Positions 26,201 to 38,600 of a stretch of 64,000 nt of DNA are shown here, one piece after another. The notes below the pieces were generated by a model, which worked only from the letters and a program-made list of their open reading frames with translations, did not search any database and was not told the origin of the DNA. This DNA comes from Owenia fusiformis (Eukaryota): NCBI GenBank assembly GCA_903813345.2, contig CAIIXF020000001.1:29450001-29514000 (forward strand), read 5' to 3'. Both the position numbers and the translations under genes were made by a program. Every line of letters starts with the position of its first letter. The first letter of the stretch is position 1.

Positions 26201-29004
26201 CTCCCCCTCACTTTGAATTGCATCCATTACGGCATTACCAGAATGGCAGGAACGGGGGATTTATTTTACATTGTGATTCTAAAAAAAGGTTATTAAAACA
26301 CAAAATATATTACGGAACAGTTTATCCTATCTTCTCAAATCTCTTTTATATAGGCAAAATAAAATAAAACATTTTGAAACAGATAAAATGAGTTAACGCA
26401 TAGAACTTTAAGAATAAAACAGTATACATATTACGTTGTCAAAATATTTCGTCGCATTTAATTTCTTAGTCTCTGTCTCTTATCAAATCGTAAAAGAACA
26501 AAACATTGTAAACTTAATCACTTGGGATTTATTTTTCGGCATTCGTTTCCGGCATTTGTTTTTTATGTTCTTCTCCTGAAATGTATTGTTTGACAATAAT
26601 CAGAGAAAGTGCGTATGCGTATGAATGTATTGGATAATTGTTAATTTCTGATGGACCTGGATAAAATATGTTTCAAAACTTTGTCAACAATAGATAACTA
26701 CATTAAGGCAGATATAGTATCTTGATATATTTGGCTATCATGCGTTTAAAATACGTTCCTAAACTATGAAGACATTAGGTGAGAAATATTGCTATTTGCT
26801 ATTGTACGTTCGAAAAGTATTTGGTTGTATTTTGTAGTTCTCAAGTTACCCATGAACTTTCGTAGGCTAAACATTAAAAAATTAACGTCTTGACTTAGCA
26901 TATTTAGCCTAATTTTGCAATGATGTCAACGTGATTCCAATGTTGTGTTGTCGTGATTCGCATAGGTTGCGACAAGATTCGTTTTAAGAAATTGTATTTT
27001 TTAGATAAGATCCCCTAATTTTCGGAGAACTGGGTTTCGGAGAACTGGGTTTCGGAAAACTGGGTTTCGGAGAATTGGGTTTCGGACAACTGGGTTTCGG
27101 ACAACTGGGTTGACCCCCATCCCGATGTGCATCGATGTTTACTATTGAAAATGGTGAATCACATCGCTACAACACTACTAATCTCAAATAACTTGTTTCA
27201 CCTCTCAAAATACTGCATGAAACACATACATGTATTCCGATTGCTCAAAATATCTACAACAACTTGAAATAAAAGGTATTATTATATCTTTTCAGGAATT
27301 TATGTTATGTTGGCGTGAGGAGAAAGATCCCAGGAAATGTATCAACGAGGGCAAAGAAGTCACAAATTGTGGTTTTGAGTTTTTCGGAGAGGTGAAGAAG
27401 CATTGTATGGATTCTTTCACTAAGTACTGGAACTGCATTGACAATGCTGGAACACGCATGCATTATGATAGGTAATGTTACATGTATTAATCAAGTGAAG
27501 TTTCATCATATCAATCACAATTATGCAAAAGAAAAAACATGAAATAAAACTACTGCACTTCTACTTAATTTAGCACTACTTATTTTGGCGGACTTGCTGT
27601 TTTGAACATTTGGTGGCTACTTGATTTGGCAGACTTGCAATATTACAATGTACTAATGGTACTAATCTACATGGTACAAGAATTACTGGCGAATTTGGCA
27701 GCGACTTAATTTGGTGGACAATTTGGCAGATCCACCAAATTAAATCAGCTGCCAAATTAAGTAGAAGTACAAAAAAGTGGTGTTTTTTTGGCCCACCCTG
27801 TATATTGCAGCAAAGTAAAAAAAACAAATAACACCACAATGAACTTTCCAGCTTATAACTTAACTTGATATGAATTAGATGGCAATTTTTGCTAACCAAA
27901 ATTATATCTGATCAAAATCCTTTTTCTAAGATGAATTAAAGGGACGTTCCAGCCAGACTCTTTCTATCCTGATATGAAAGCTATAATCATATATGTACTT
28001 TCCATATTTAGCAAAAACATGGGGAAATGTTTTAATACACAATGTAGTTAATATTGATCATTTAAAAATGTAGTGCTCATTTCCAGTGAGCTGCCATCTT
28101 TTAAGATTTCACTCAGGAAGTGAAGCAATGGACTCTCAACTTTCATAACCTTGCGTATAACAGTATAGGAACGTAGCGCAAAATCACTTCTAGACAAGTG
28201 ATCCTTACTTTATTTGCAAGAGCTTGTCAGCTTAGAATAAAAGAAGAGACATTAGAAGGATTAAATCATGGACAAAACTGAAAAAGAATATTCTGCTGAT
28301 TTTGTAATTTCTTTTATAGCCAATCCTTATCCTTACCTAATGCTATATATATGCTATAAATGAAATCTTTTGATGAGTGAAATCTTAAACTGTTAAAAGA
28401 TGGCAGTCTACCATTCTAATACTCATAGCATCTTTCTGTTTAACCTGAAACATGGGCTGAGAAGAAATGAGATGTCATAGTTTATCATGATGGCAGCCTA
28501 CTGGAATTGAGCACTTCATTTTTATGTGATTAATACTGACCATATCAAAACATTTTTCCCTGTCATGCTAAACACGGAAAGTATATATTATATGGTTATA
28601 GCTACCATATTAGGAGAGAGATGGTCTGGCAAGGAATATCCTTTTTCCTCAATCACTTATGAATCCAGAACCTTTGTAAATGACCAGTTGAAATTGAATA
28701 TATGTTGTATCAAAATATTTAGCATGTGTATTATAACTAGATCTAAATGATGAAAAGAAACATTATATATATCTTCAGGTGCAGGGAAACCCAAGCAGCA
28801 TTTGACAAATGTGTGCTAGCCAACTTGAAGCAGGAACGGCCAGATCTAGGCTACTTCTCCAAGGTCCGAGTTCATCATACAAAGAGACCAAAGCCAGTGG
28901 AACCATCACACAAGTACCCTGAGCCTACTCCAGATATGCCAGACTTTAAAAATGAGCCTATGCCAGATTCAGTCAAATATGGAAATAGATTCTTTTTCAA
29001 TTAA
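23255..29004 (+). CDS. NDUFA8: NADH dehydrogenase (ubiquinone) 1 alpha subcomplex subunit 8, 3 exons, 176 aa
   Basis: Exons 23255-23383, 27296-27471, 28779-29004 (531 nt, GT-AG). Reads MVITSDTWLPSHEELTVPELELSSGVLRAGAHHFGKYC...EFMLCWREEKDPRKC...RPDLGYFSKVRVHHTKRPKP, with four CX9C motifs. Confidence 0.95.
23438..24055. mobile_element. Young MITE with ~40-bp perfect TIRs in NDUFA8 intron 1
   Basis: TAGTCTATCTACCTTCTCTACAAGTTCAACAACGAAAATT and its exact reverse complement; TSD ambiguous (AT or TA). Confidence 0.75.
24660..25733 (+). repeat. ~130-bp satellite array (~8 units) in a Helentron/HINE-like element
   Basis: Unit contains CAAAATCATCTACAAGTTATCAGAAGTTCAAATCTGAC...TTGACCTTCAA...AAGGTCAAAA; the array ends with the same 3' module (GTGGTCACATTTTGTCATGTTAAT) as the element at 48362-48797. 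Confidence 0.75.
25840..27117. mobile_element. Mutator (MULE)/foldback-like non-autonomous element
   Basis: 9-bp TSD CATCCCGAT (25831-25839, 27118-27126). TIRs are built of 15-bp tandem units CCCAGTTGTCCGAAA (about 5 left, 6 right inverted). A Harbinger-like MITE is nested at 25979. Confidence 0.8.
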
Positions 29005-29501
29005 TGTGTGCTCATATTAGGTACTTTATAATTTAGAATAGTGATTTGTGCATTAATATTACTGGGACATATGAATAGTTAAGATGTCAGCTACATACAC
29101 TAGATAGACAGCTCCATGTATAGAATATTCAAAACATCTTAACAAAATGCCAAATATCCTTGAAAATAATTTGAAAATCAATAAATGTTGGCACACAGAA
29201 CTTCTAACTTAAGTTATAATACAAATATAAAAAATATGCTGTTTGTGTTACTGATGTGTTATTATGTGAAATAAAAAATAGAACAAGATATTGAATTTTG
29301 AAGTTTCCACAATTTTGGTCATTATCTCACCAAACTTAGTTTGGAAGGGATATAGAGAAGCTGTTCCTCCCTTGGTTCGTTTGTCCATTTGAGGCAATAT
29401 CTCAACTAGTGGTTGACAGATTGGTTTCAAGATTGCTAGGCTGATGCCGTATGCATGGACATACAGAATTGATCTCTATGAGTGAAGTTTTTTTTAACAT
29501 A

Positions 29502-29698
29502 CAGTAAAACCTGTAAATATTTAACATTTTATTGCGAAGAAAAAATGTTCAGTGTTGGTAGGTGTTCACTACAGACTGACAGAGAGGGTCATTTATACAG
29601 AAGTCAATATAGTATGACATTTGGAGGAAGGATGTCCACTAGAGACAGATAAATGTTCACAAGAGAGAGGGAGGTGTTCACTGAGACAGGTTTTACTG
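29502..29698. mobile_element. Tc1/pogo-like MITE
   Basis: TA|CAGTAAAACCTGT...ACAGGTTTTACTG|TA; a relative lies at ~54990-55192. Confidence 0.7.
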
Positions 29699-30241
29699 TA
29701 ATGTCAAGTCTTAGATGTATGTAGATTTTACCAAAAGGATACAATTCTATTGATATTTCTATCCTGAAATGTTCAAAATGACAAGTGATTTTTATAGAAT
29801 TATGTTTTGTTCAGTGGGATTTTCTTTTCTTGGAAGTTAGTTTGATTTTTGAGATTCCAACCCTATGTAATCTAAGGAAATTTGGAGGATTAATTAATAT
29901 TATTTAAAGGCAAAATGTAAAATTGGGAGATGGATTGTGAGTTGGCATGGCATTGGCTTGGCAAAGTTGGCATGTACAGGTTTTACCAATTGACCCTTTT
30001 CCATCTAAATGAAAAAATAGATGGCATCATGGGTGTTGGTAGGGTTAAAATATATCGCAAGCTATTGGGGCAAGACTAGAGTCACCTAATTTCTTGATTT
30101 AACGAGTCATTCCATTTGGATCACCATTTGAAAGTAACTATTTGAACCAATTGACACTTGGATTGTGATTTCACATTAAATTTTGATTCTTATAAGAATA
30201 AATGAACTTTTAAGGTTTTTCAACATTTTCTCAATGTATGG

Positions 30242-33200
30242 TAGGCTAGGCAAATGGAAGTTTAACATCCCAAAAATTGCAACAGTTTTTAAATTAGGCT
30301 TATATTGTATATTGATACCAGTTGAAAAACATATCAAAAATATAGAAAAATATATGCAGTGGACAAATATGAAATGTCACATTCCAGGTACCCCCCTCCA
30401 AATTTGAGTATGGGATTGTAAATATTTTTTTATTTCAAAATGGAATACTCTTGTCAACTAAACGAGTAATATTATGATAGTTTACTGACATAAGAGCAAC
30501 TAAAAATTGTTAACCAACTATTTGAGTGCAATAATTGGCATTTCTAGCGCCAAATATCTGAAAATAGGCCATCAAATAGCCCGAATTTAATATATTAATG
30601 TATTTATTTCTGTATCAATTCATCAGAATTGCATGAAAAATATCAAGGAGGGTATTGTACACCTGAACATTGTATTTGATAAGTATCAGGGTCATTAAGT
30701 GAATATTGAGCGTGAAAATAATATTTGAAATTTCAATATTTTACCACACCCACTTTTGGGGTGACCTTACTTTTGTTTAATTACTTCCAAGATATGTCAT
30801 ATTTGAACTCAATAGCACAACTAAATTATTTGTAAAGGCTTATTTCGTCCTGAAAACAGTTTTTGAGGTTTTCAGGAAAGGATTATGTAAAAAAAAGTAG
30901 AAAAACAGCAAATGCCAGGTGAAATATAGGGGAAGCCCTACTTTTAGTTGATAACTGTTAAATTATCAAATGATTTTCCTTTTAAATTCAATTTGATATA
31001 TAATATACTTTTTCTGGTAAAACAGAGAACGATTTGTTACAATCAGTGGTCAAAAAATGTCCTTGAAAAGGCAACAAAATGTTAAATATCCCTGTCCCTG
31101 ACATCAGTTTATTAATATGAGCCAAAAAAGGTAACCCAACCAAATGTATGTTAATAACCCAGTCATTCAGCATGGGTTTGACATCATATTTGGCACAATT
31201 ACCTTGTTCAATGTTCTTTCATTCTACTAAGTGTCATTGATCTATCCTTAATAGTCACGATTTTATGGCCATTTACAAAATGTGCTCAAAATATCGAAAT
31301 GTGCCTAACTGACTGGACATCAATACCACCAGTTTTTTTTATCTGTGGACCTTTTTTCGATACTAACAACACTTGAAACATTAAAACAAGAGATAAGAAT
31401 GAAGATGAGAGTCATAACACATGATTTTTATGCTCCTGATTTGAACAACAACGCACGATACGTTCAAGTTGGCCTCCAGGCATGACACCCATATTTCATG
31501 GCATGGTATGAAATGGCCATAAAATCGTGACCACTAGAGGCCACTGAGACTGGGTAGATTGATAATACATTGACCAAGACTCAATTCTGCCAAATATGAC
31601 ACTAAATCCATGCAGGATGATTGGACTGGATTATTAAGATTTGTTTGGATTACCTTTTTGGCTCGCCCTGTATTAAGGAAATTTTTTTACTTTTGACTAA
31701 GGTGTTCTTAACCACACAGTGATATTGAGAAATGAAATGAAGTTCAACTGAAGAATGTTCGATTTCAAGATGAAATTCAATAAAAAATGAGGAAAAGGTT
31801 TCTACATTAATAAATCCTCCTGAGTTAACTAGTGTAACGCAAAGTAAATCCCTGGTCTTTATACAGGGCCTGGTTCGATTATGTTATGTTCATTATCAAA
31901 AATGCTGCCTTAATTTTGTAATCTTAACCTTCATATATGTGTCTTACTTATAGAGAACAAAAAAGAATGCTGATTAAATAAGCTTAATACTATTATGTTG
32001 TAACAACAATCAGTTACAACCTTGTCTATCACCAGCCTTCATCAGCGGCGGATATGGGAACCAACAAGGTGGGGGGGCAAATGTCAGGTCTGAGAAAAAA
32101 ACTTCCGCGGAAAAAATTTTGGGCCCCTAAAACCCCGAAGTGGGCCCAAATTTTGAAATATTGAGACCCATTTTCTTCAATTAAAAAATAGGGCTTTAAA
32201 AGGCCCATTTATGACCAAAAAGGTCCACTTTTCGGGGCCTTAAGGCCTTTTTTGGGCCCAATTTTTTTTCTGGGCCCGCCCAAGGGGGTGGGAGGGGCCC
32301 AGATCTGCCAGTGTTCATTATTTAGTCAGCATTATTATCATGATCAGTAATGGAGGTATTTGCACAAATGCCTTTGCATACCTTACATGTCAAAGAACAG
32401 TTATTTCATTTTTCTACTAGAACATCTCATAGAAATACAATCTGCCTTACACACACAATGGATGATCTCTGAGAAAGGGGAGCTGCATTTAGGCAATTGG
32501 TTTCGTTGCTTATTTCCCAGCCCAATTATAATGAAGGCAGTTATTTCCCTCCCACTCCTGGATCTGATGGTACACTCTGTAACTGTGGTATTCCGCAGCA
32601 TCAGAAAATGGAGGAAGAACACGGGGCTGCAATAATTCAGATCTTGCTGCTCTCTTTTAATAGAATTTTAGAAGCCTAAGATAATTTAGGGTTTCACCAT
32701 TTTTCCACCATAAATTGACAAAAGAGCATGTTCCTCTGCAATGACAGAATCGCTTGCATTTAACTGGTTTTCTACTTGTTTACGTTGTAAGAAAATGTCA
32801 GAACATCGAAGGTTTGATTTTTCTTTTTCTTTATTTCACACATTGTAGGCAGAATTCCCACAACATTGTTATCACAAACATGTATCAGTATTATATGTTT
32901 AAAAAATGTACATATTTGCGAACAAATAGTTCAGAAGACAACAGAATCTTCGATTTAATTCCTCACTTAAGTTACATAAACGGTATTTCGATAAACAATT
33001 AAGATCTGCACTTTTAAACCAAACCGTTTATTTAACTTAAGTAAGGAATTAAATCAACAATTCTGTGAGAAAAAAACATCGTGGGGATTCTGCCTACAAC
33101 GCGTGAAAAAAAGGAAAAAAGAAATATCGTACTTTCGACGTTTAGACATTTTGTTACCGAAACGACAAGCGTAATCGAGCGGATCACCAGTGCTTTTGGT

Positions 33201-34660
33201 AATTTAAAAACAACCGCTTGTTTTCTCAAGAGCTCACTCTTTTTTATCTGCCTCAATGATAGCCTCTTGTCTATGCCATATATAACCTGAATGCGATGTC
33301 ACACCCCAGAAAAGAAACAAAATATTGTCACAGACCACTTTTCCCAAAGACAATCTTATTTCATTTATATTCCAACATTTTGTTTCTTGGGTTGCTGCTT
33401 TTGGTTCAGGTTTGAAGAAAATGTTGAAGTTTGTGTTTTGTGCATGATAAATGAGCAGCACAAGGAGATCTGTATGAGTACTGTATTTGAGGTTAGGACA
33501 CTTTGGATTGGAGTTTTCACAATCACAATATCTGCATCCGATTCTGAATGCAGCACATGTACACTCAATGTTTTCCAACCTGACAGACAGAATTACCATC
33601 ATTCCTATGCACTGAAATTATATTAATGAAAGACTCCCCAGATATCTGAGATTTTAATGTTCTCTGTCAGTTTAGATTCCGTTTAATAACCATAAATTCG
33701 TTTCTACAGCATTATACATCCAATTGATAGTTCCATAGTAATGTACTCTTATGTAATGATTTATGACCTGATGAATTTAAATATATGCAAATTTTGTAAT
33801 TGCGGATTGTAATTAATAATTTAAACAATATTAAATTCCACAAAAACTACAACTTACATTATTTAGATAAGCCTAGTATAGAGCAGTTATCAAATACCCT
33901 AATATCAGAGTGGTGATATGTAATTATTCATCAAATAAAAGTGAGGTCACCTTAACATTTCACCTGGTGCAACTAATAATTCCTATTTTTCATACTAATA
34001 AGGTATAAACCTTCACAAAACTTGTATTTTAGATGATGACAAGCCTATATAAATGATTTAGATGTCAACTCTAATACAAATGTGATACATTGTGGGAGTT
34101 AATCATCAAAACTATAGTCTCCCCTATAGTGGGCGGGGCAAAACTATGAAAATGAAATAATTTTTTTCTTCCTAAGTATACACCTTAGAATTCTGACACT
34201 CACCAAATATGAAGTTCATATGAATATGTAACACCTTGATTTTTTTCATGCTTTTCTGACAAACTTATCCTAAAATATCTAAATAGATATGCGATAACAT
34301 GCCTGTTTTGTGGCCTATTTTGTTATACTTTGGGGTCAAATGACCAATTACTGGTCTCAAAATTGATTTAAATAATATTTTCATTATTTGTGAATATGTT
34401 ATCTATCATAATAAAGCTTGAATACTTGACTAAAGTATTCCATTTGGGAAGAAAAAATTGTTTCCTACCAATACTCAATTTTGGGGTAGGGTTGTAGGGG
34501 GTACCTAGGAAGTGAAATTTCATATTTGTCCACTGCATATATTTTTCTATATTTTTGATATGTTTTTCAACTGATATTAATACATAATATAAGACTAATT
34601 TAAAAACTGTTGCAATTTTTGGGATGTTTGGGCCTTTTATGAGCCCATTTGCTTGGCCTA
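30242..34660 (-). mobile_element. Internally deleted, decayed Academ transposon
   Basis: TAGGCTAGGCAAATGG...CCATTTGCTTGGCCTA, TSD TGG (30239-30241, 34661-34663), ~500-bp TIRs. Transposase remnants lie on the minus strand; nested MITEs at ~31110-31672, ~32043-32312 and ~32720-33235. Confidence 0.85.
32350..33610 (-). pseudogene. Academ transposase C-terminal remnant (XPG-like nuclease + Cys8 finger)
   Basis: Frameshifted pieces: VLHSESDADIVIVKT; TDLLVLLIYHAQ...WNINEIRLSLGKVVCDNILFL; LPPFSDAAEYHSYRVYHQIQEWEG; IIHCVCKADCISMRCSSRK / CSLTCKVCKGIC. Interrupted by a palindromic insert. Confidence 0.8.
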
Positions 34661-35414
34661 TGGGGATTTAGCCCGACCTTTTTAGACGACTTATAAAAAT
34701 CTTTAGAATTTGAATAAAGGTAAATAACAGTGCAAATCAAAGTTGTTTTGATAGAAAATTACACAGAGAATTTGCCATCAAATAAAAGAAAATTTTAGTC
34801 TTCATGGGATTTCAACGCCATATGGAAAGTCCTCTATTATGAAAAATGATCATTCATGGCAATAATTGTACTTCTTATCATTAGAAGTCATCAGGATGGC
34901 AAATACTACAATATAATGTAATATACAGAAAAATGCAGTCATTTGCAGCCATTTATTATAATATTCCTATCCTATGAGGAAATCATTTGTAGAGGAAACA
35001 CTGCTGAAAAAATATTATATTTCAGTGTTCACTGACACAGGTTTTACTTTATCCCTTTTCACCTATTTATGGGATAGAATTCTTCATTTGACAAATCTAA
35101 TAGATCAAATTTTATATTCGCCATTGGTTCATTCTTTTGACAACCAAAATTTTCATGCAGCCACTTCAATAATCACATATATTGTCAATATACACATTGA
35201 CAGAGCCATTCGAGTTTCAGACAGATTCAAGCAACACTCGTTTTCAAAAATCATTGTTGCAAGTTTATAACATGTAAGTCAATGGTTGTCTATCGCAAGC
35301 AAAACAAAAAATAAACAGAGGTGACATCTACTATATCAGCCTATTCAATCATAGAAACTCCCAAATACGGCACATATAGCATATAAAATGAGCACCTGTT
35401 TTTCATGACAAGTG

Positions 35415-35480
35415 GTCGTCCCTGACAACGTAAAGCTTTGAAAAGCTTCGCGGAAAAAATTCAATCAATGCGCATGCGTG
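35415..35480 (+). promoter_or_regulatory. Candidate IFT54 proximal promoter: degenerate X-box and NRF1-like site
   Basis: GTCGTCCCTGACAAC (35415-35429) and TGCGCATGCGTG (35469-35480), 155-220 bp upstream of the ATG; IFT genes are established RFX targets. Confidence 0.4.
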
Positions 35481-35634
35481 TGTGTGCTATTATGGGATAG
35501 AATTCTTCATTTGACAAATCTAAAATTTAAAAAATTCATGTTTACCTTTACATTTAGCCTCAGGATGTCTAATTTATCGACGTGATATCGAAATACGAGA
35601 ATAAACAACATCTCCAGGATCACATCGAGCCGTC

Positions 35635-38600
35635 ATGGGGGACAACGACTTGGATAAAGTGATCAAAAAGACCCAAGAAACGCTTGGAAAATATGTCAAA
35701 AAACCTCCACTTTCTGACAAACTTTTGAAGAAACCTCCATTTCGATTCCTTCATGATGTGTTCACAGTCGTAAGTATTTTGGAACATTCAAATCATAAAT
35801 GTAAATGCGTATCACTGTGCTGGAAGATGTGTTGATTGGTATGGACCCAAACCTGTAGCCAGGTTTTGAGGGGTCCACAATATTGAATATTATTAGATTA
35901 CTATGTAGGGGAAGTGGTCCTAATTATCGCACGGTCCTAATTATCGCACGATTGTCCTAAATAGCTAAAATATGCACCCACCATCTTTTAAACCAGTGTT
36001 ACGAAAAACAGTTCAACACCATTACTCCCAATCTTCATGATTTATTCATATATTTAGAAATATCTCTTCATTTTTTAAGAATTGTTAACTTCCGCCATTG
36101 TCATAAATGCTTTTGCGCAAGAAGTGAAATTCGTCTGACAAATTTTGACCCCCTCCAAATAAAGACAGAAAAGTAAGTGTATAATGTATATTTTGTTGAT
36201 ATTTTACACTAAAACTGATAGAAAAATGATTACAGCATATGTATCTATCTGTTATAAACAGAGAAATGTATACAGTATCGTGAAATGACATCTGAAACAT
36301 AACTGTGCGATAATTAGGACGACTGTGCGATAATTAGGACCACCGAACATGCGAGTCTAAGGGGTCTTAAAGTGTTAGCGTTCGGAGATTGAGATATGTC
36401 AAACACTACTTAGATTTTAGAGGAAAGGTTGATCTTTCGTCCCATATTCTCAAAGTAAGTTGAAGTTATCATATTTGAAATCGTCAGTAGTTTCCCTGAG
36501 TACCCGTGCAATGATAGGACGACTTCCCCTAGCCTAAATATCACCAGGGCCAGTGGGGGGGTTCACATTTGACATCTTTGGTGTTGGCAAAAGTCATATC
36601 AAAGTGCTCAGAATTGTTCTAAACTCTATGGTTTTGAAAAACTTTTAGGCTTACAGTTGGGGACATAAATAAATGACAGGTGGATTCCCATGTTAAAAAT
36701 AAGAGAATTTACAAGAGGCCATAAATCAGTGGATGAGATTATACAAAATGTAAGATATACAAATTTTAAGGGATATGTATCTAGACAATATTTGAAATTA
36801 TGGGCTTTCAGACCACCATAATTAGGAAATGGTGATCGAAAATCGACCTGTCATTTATTTTTGTCCCCAACTGTAGTTTTGTTTACCATGAACACAGTGA
36901 ACAGAATTTCCTTCATATATAAACTAGACCCTAGGCTACAAGTGCGGAATCTTTTTCTTCAAACATATTTGTTACGAAGGCCCCCCACGAAGTGGGCAGA
37001 GCCATTCGTTCTATGGACCGACTGTCGACCAGTCACGTGACCAAAAGTCCGCCATTATTACCTTATATGGCAAATCATCAAAGCAACGATCACGACGTCA
37101 TATGTTGTGTTTGTGATGAAGATATGACGTAATATAACATAAACTATGACATCAGTTACTTACTGCCCTATCAACTAAACAGACAAGAAAGCTAAACGTT
37201 TAATTTGTGACGTCATTAACATGTTACCTAGCCAACAGAAAACAAGCAGTAAAATGCAGTTTGTTCATTGTCTTTCTCTCCTCTGTGGTATTTCCATAAA
37301 AAGTGGATCAGTTTTGTCAAAATAGCATTAATATTATGGCCTTCGTATTTTTCTAGTGTCATTTTCACTTGATTTTTTTTTCATATGGATCTTTATCATG
37401 ATTTTGAGATTTGGCCAATCAGGGAGTTTCCTTACAATTTTAAATTAGTTGTAAACCATACGTGTAGATCTACAGTATTTCTAAATGTTAATGTTTTAAA
37501 TTATATTCTATTCAGATTTTATCACTGTTAAATTATATATCTGCTTAATATGGGCTTATTACCCTTTTGCAAATTATTGACATAGACATAGACATAGGCA
37601 GCCATACCATGGACTTTCAATTAGACATGGTCATACAGGACCAAGATAACACCCTAAACGATCTAGAAAACATATTTCATACCTCTATTATGCCAAGATA
37701 ATGCTGCGAAAGTAAGCACTACAAAATTTGTAAAATGATCCGTGCTCCGCCTTATGACCAATCACATTGCGGGATGCATGGGCAGTGTCCATGTATAGAA
37801 ATGAAAACCTGTTGTTCAAAGTCCTGTAACATTGTGACTATCACTGACGCGGGGTCTATCCAGGCCCTGCTGACATCGCGAATAATGAGTTCATGTTACA
37901 AGCGGGGCTTTGAGAGATATGATAAAATTGAAATATAAAATTTTTATGAAACTTTAGTTTGCGAAACTCAGTACAACTTAATTTCATAGTGCAATGGCTA
38001 CATGTATATCAATTGCAGGGCAACAACATTCTTCAACTATAACTATATTTTGTCCTATCTCTCAAGGCCCCGCTTCTAACATGAGCTCATGCTCACGGTG
38101 TCATTGGGAACTTGCTCACAATATATGGGGCCTGGATAGTAACCATGACTAAGTCTGATGGTAATGAAATAATGCAGGGTGATTGAATTGAATGATGTAC
38201 AAATGTGTAAAATATGAAGGAGTGATTTCCTAAAATGACAAAGGAAAGATATGAGGAAATGCAGGGTTGCCATTTTTTGACAACACTGAAGATAGTTCTA
38301 GGTCAATAAAGTATATAAACTTCCAGAAATACATCGTCATGTAAACTTACACTGTACCCCCAATCAGACATAGTCAATTATTGTCACTGTTTCTCATTTT
38401 TTACTGTATCCATATGGTCAAATATATACAGACTTAATATAGGATGACCATGTACACCGAGGATCCCTGTCAAGAGTGAACCTACAGGTACAATCCAAAT
38501 CAACAATACATGTTCCTTCAGGTCAAAATTGGTTATGCAGCTGTAAATAACCTATCGTCTTTTGTTACCAATTCACTTGTTAACTTATTGATGCATTTTG

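Noticed and set aside
33081-33626. Cluster of overlapping ORFs as a novel gene
   Set aside because: Explained by frameshifted Academ transposase, its antisense frames and a MITE.
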